Below, piece by piece: positions 63,692 to 64,000 of a stretch of DNA of 64,000 nt. How positions within the stretch are numbered: position 1 is the first letter of the stretch; every line of letters starts with the position of its first letter. A program made the translations under genes and the position numbers. Origin of the DNA: an uncultured delta proteobacterium. Its GTDB lineage: Bacteria; Bdellovibrionota; FAC87; UBA2466. The stretch lies in NCBI GenBank assembly GCA_963778115.1, contig CAVZSV010000004.1:1728001-1792000 (forward strand), in the 5' to 3' direction. Under the pieces are notes generated by a model. It did not search any database and was not told where the DNA came from. It worked only from the letters and a program-made list of their open reading frames with translations.

Positions 63692-63946
63692 GCCGTACCT
63701 TTCTGTGGTTCTCAAAATCCGAAAGAAAACGTAAAACGAAACTAACACCATTCCTAGTAAAAGAACGCTATTCACCATACAGATGACGACACTCAAACGA
63801 ACTGGCGAAACTCCCGAAGGCGCTATCAGAGGTAACAAAAAAGAGACCGTGCGCAATAGCAGACAGGCGACGACAAATAGATCCGTTCGAAATTTCGAAA
63901 ATAGTTCGAATCGCCGTTCTTTAAGCAATGAAGAGAGGTTGATCAT
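63581..63946 (-). CDS. small hypothetical membrane protein
   Basis: Two hydrophobic segments and GAGGT upstream, but overlaps the convergent gene by about 110 nt. Confidence 0.4.
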   Translation of the reverse strand: MINLSSLLKERRFELFSKFRTDLFVVACLLLRTVSFLLPLIAPSGVSPVRLSVVICMVNSVLLLGMVLVSFYVFFRILRTTERYGLPLCIDETSKVTLKIGFVLGGEELPKTLRRHVGKRD

Positions 63947-64000
63947 AACCTCGTCTTGAAATTAACAATACCGCAAAAACGACAACTTACTGACGTCAGG

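Overview
A gene-dense bacterial chromosomal window with no rRNA, CRISPR array, integrase or transposase. A TIGR02147/DUF4423 gene and many signal-peptide-bearing hydrolases and hypotheticals suggest a Bdellovibrionota/Oligoflexia-like organism (inference). Recognisable content: tRNA-Arg(ACG), tadA, proBA, a thiolase, a di-haem cytochrome c peroxidase, BlaI plus an M56-lytic transglycosylase fusion with a clear double operator, a FosA-like enzyme, prolyl oligopeptidase, a 2872-aa cyclic beta-1,2-glucan synthase, and a nucleotide-sugar cluster (SDR, GmhA-like, E1 alpha/beta pair, polytopic membrane protein, cytidylyltransferase-PfkB kinase). The most striking observation is absent from the ORF track: a minus-strand gene running off the left edge (642->1) encodes a sigma-70-like protein with an apparent Sec signal peptide and altered promoter-melting residues. 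Other candidates: a peroxidase / Gly-Tyr precursor / subtilase trio, a Gly-His repeat SH3-like protein followed by an SdpA/SdpB-like pair, an ependymin-like protein with CxxCH beside a papain-like protease, a compact S28 peptidase, and several decay scars. All family calls come from motif recognition by eye; no database searches were run.
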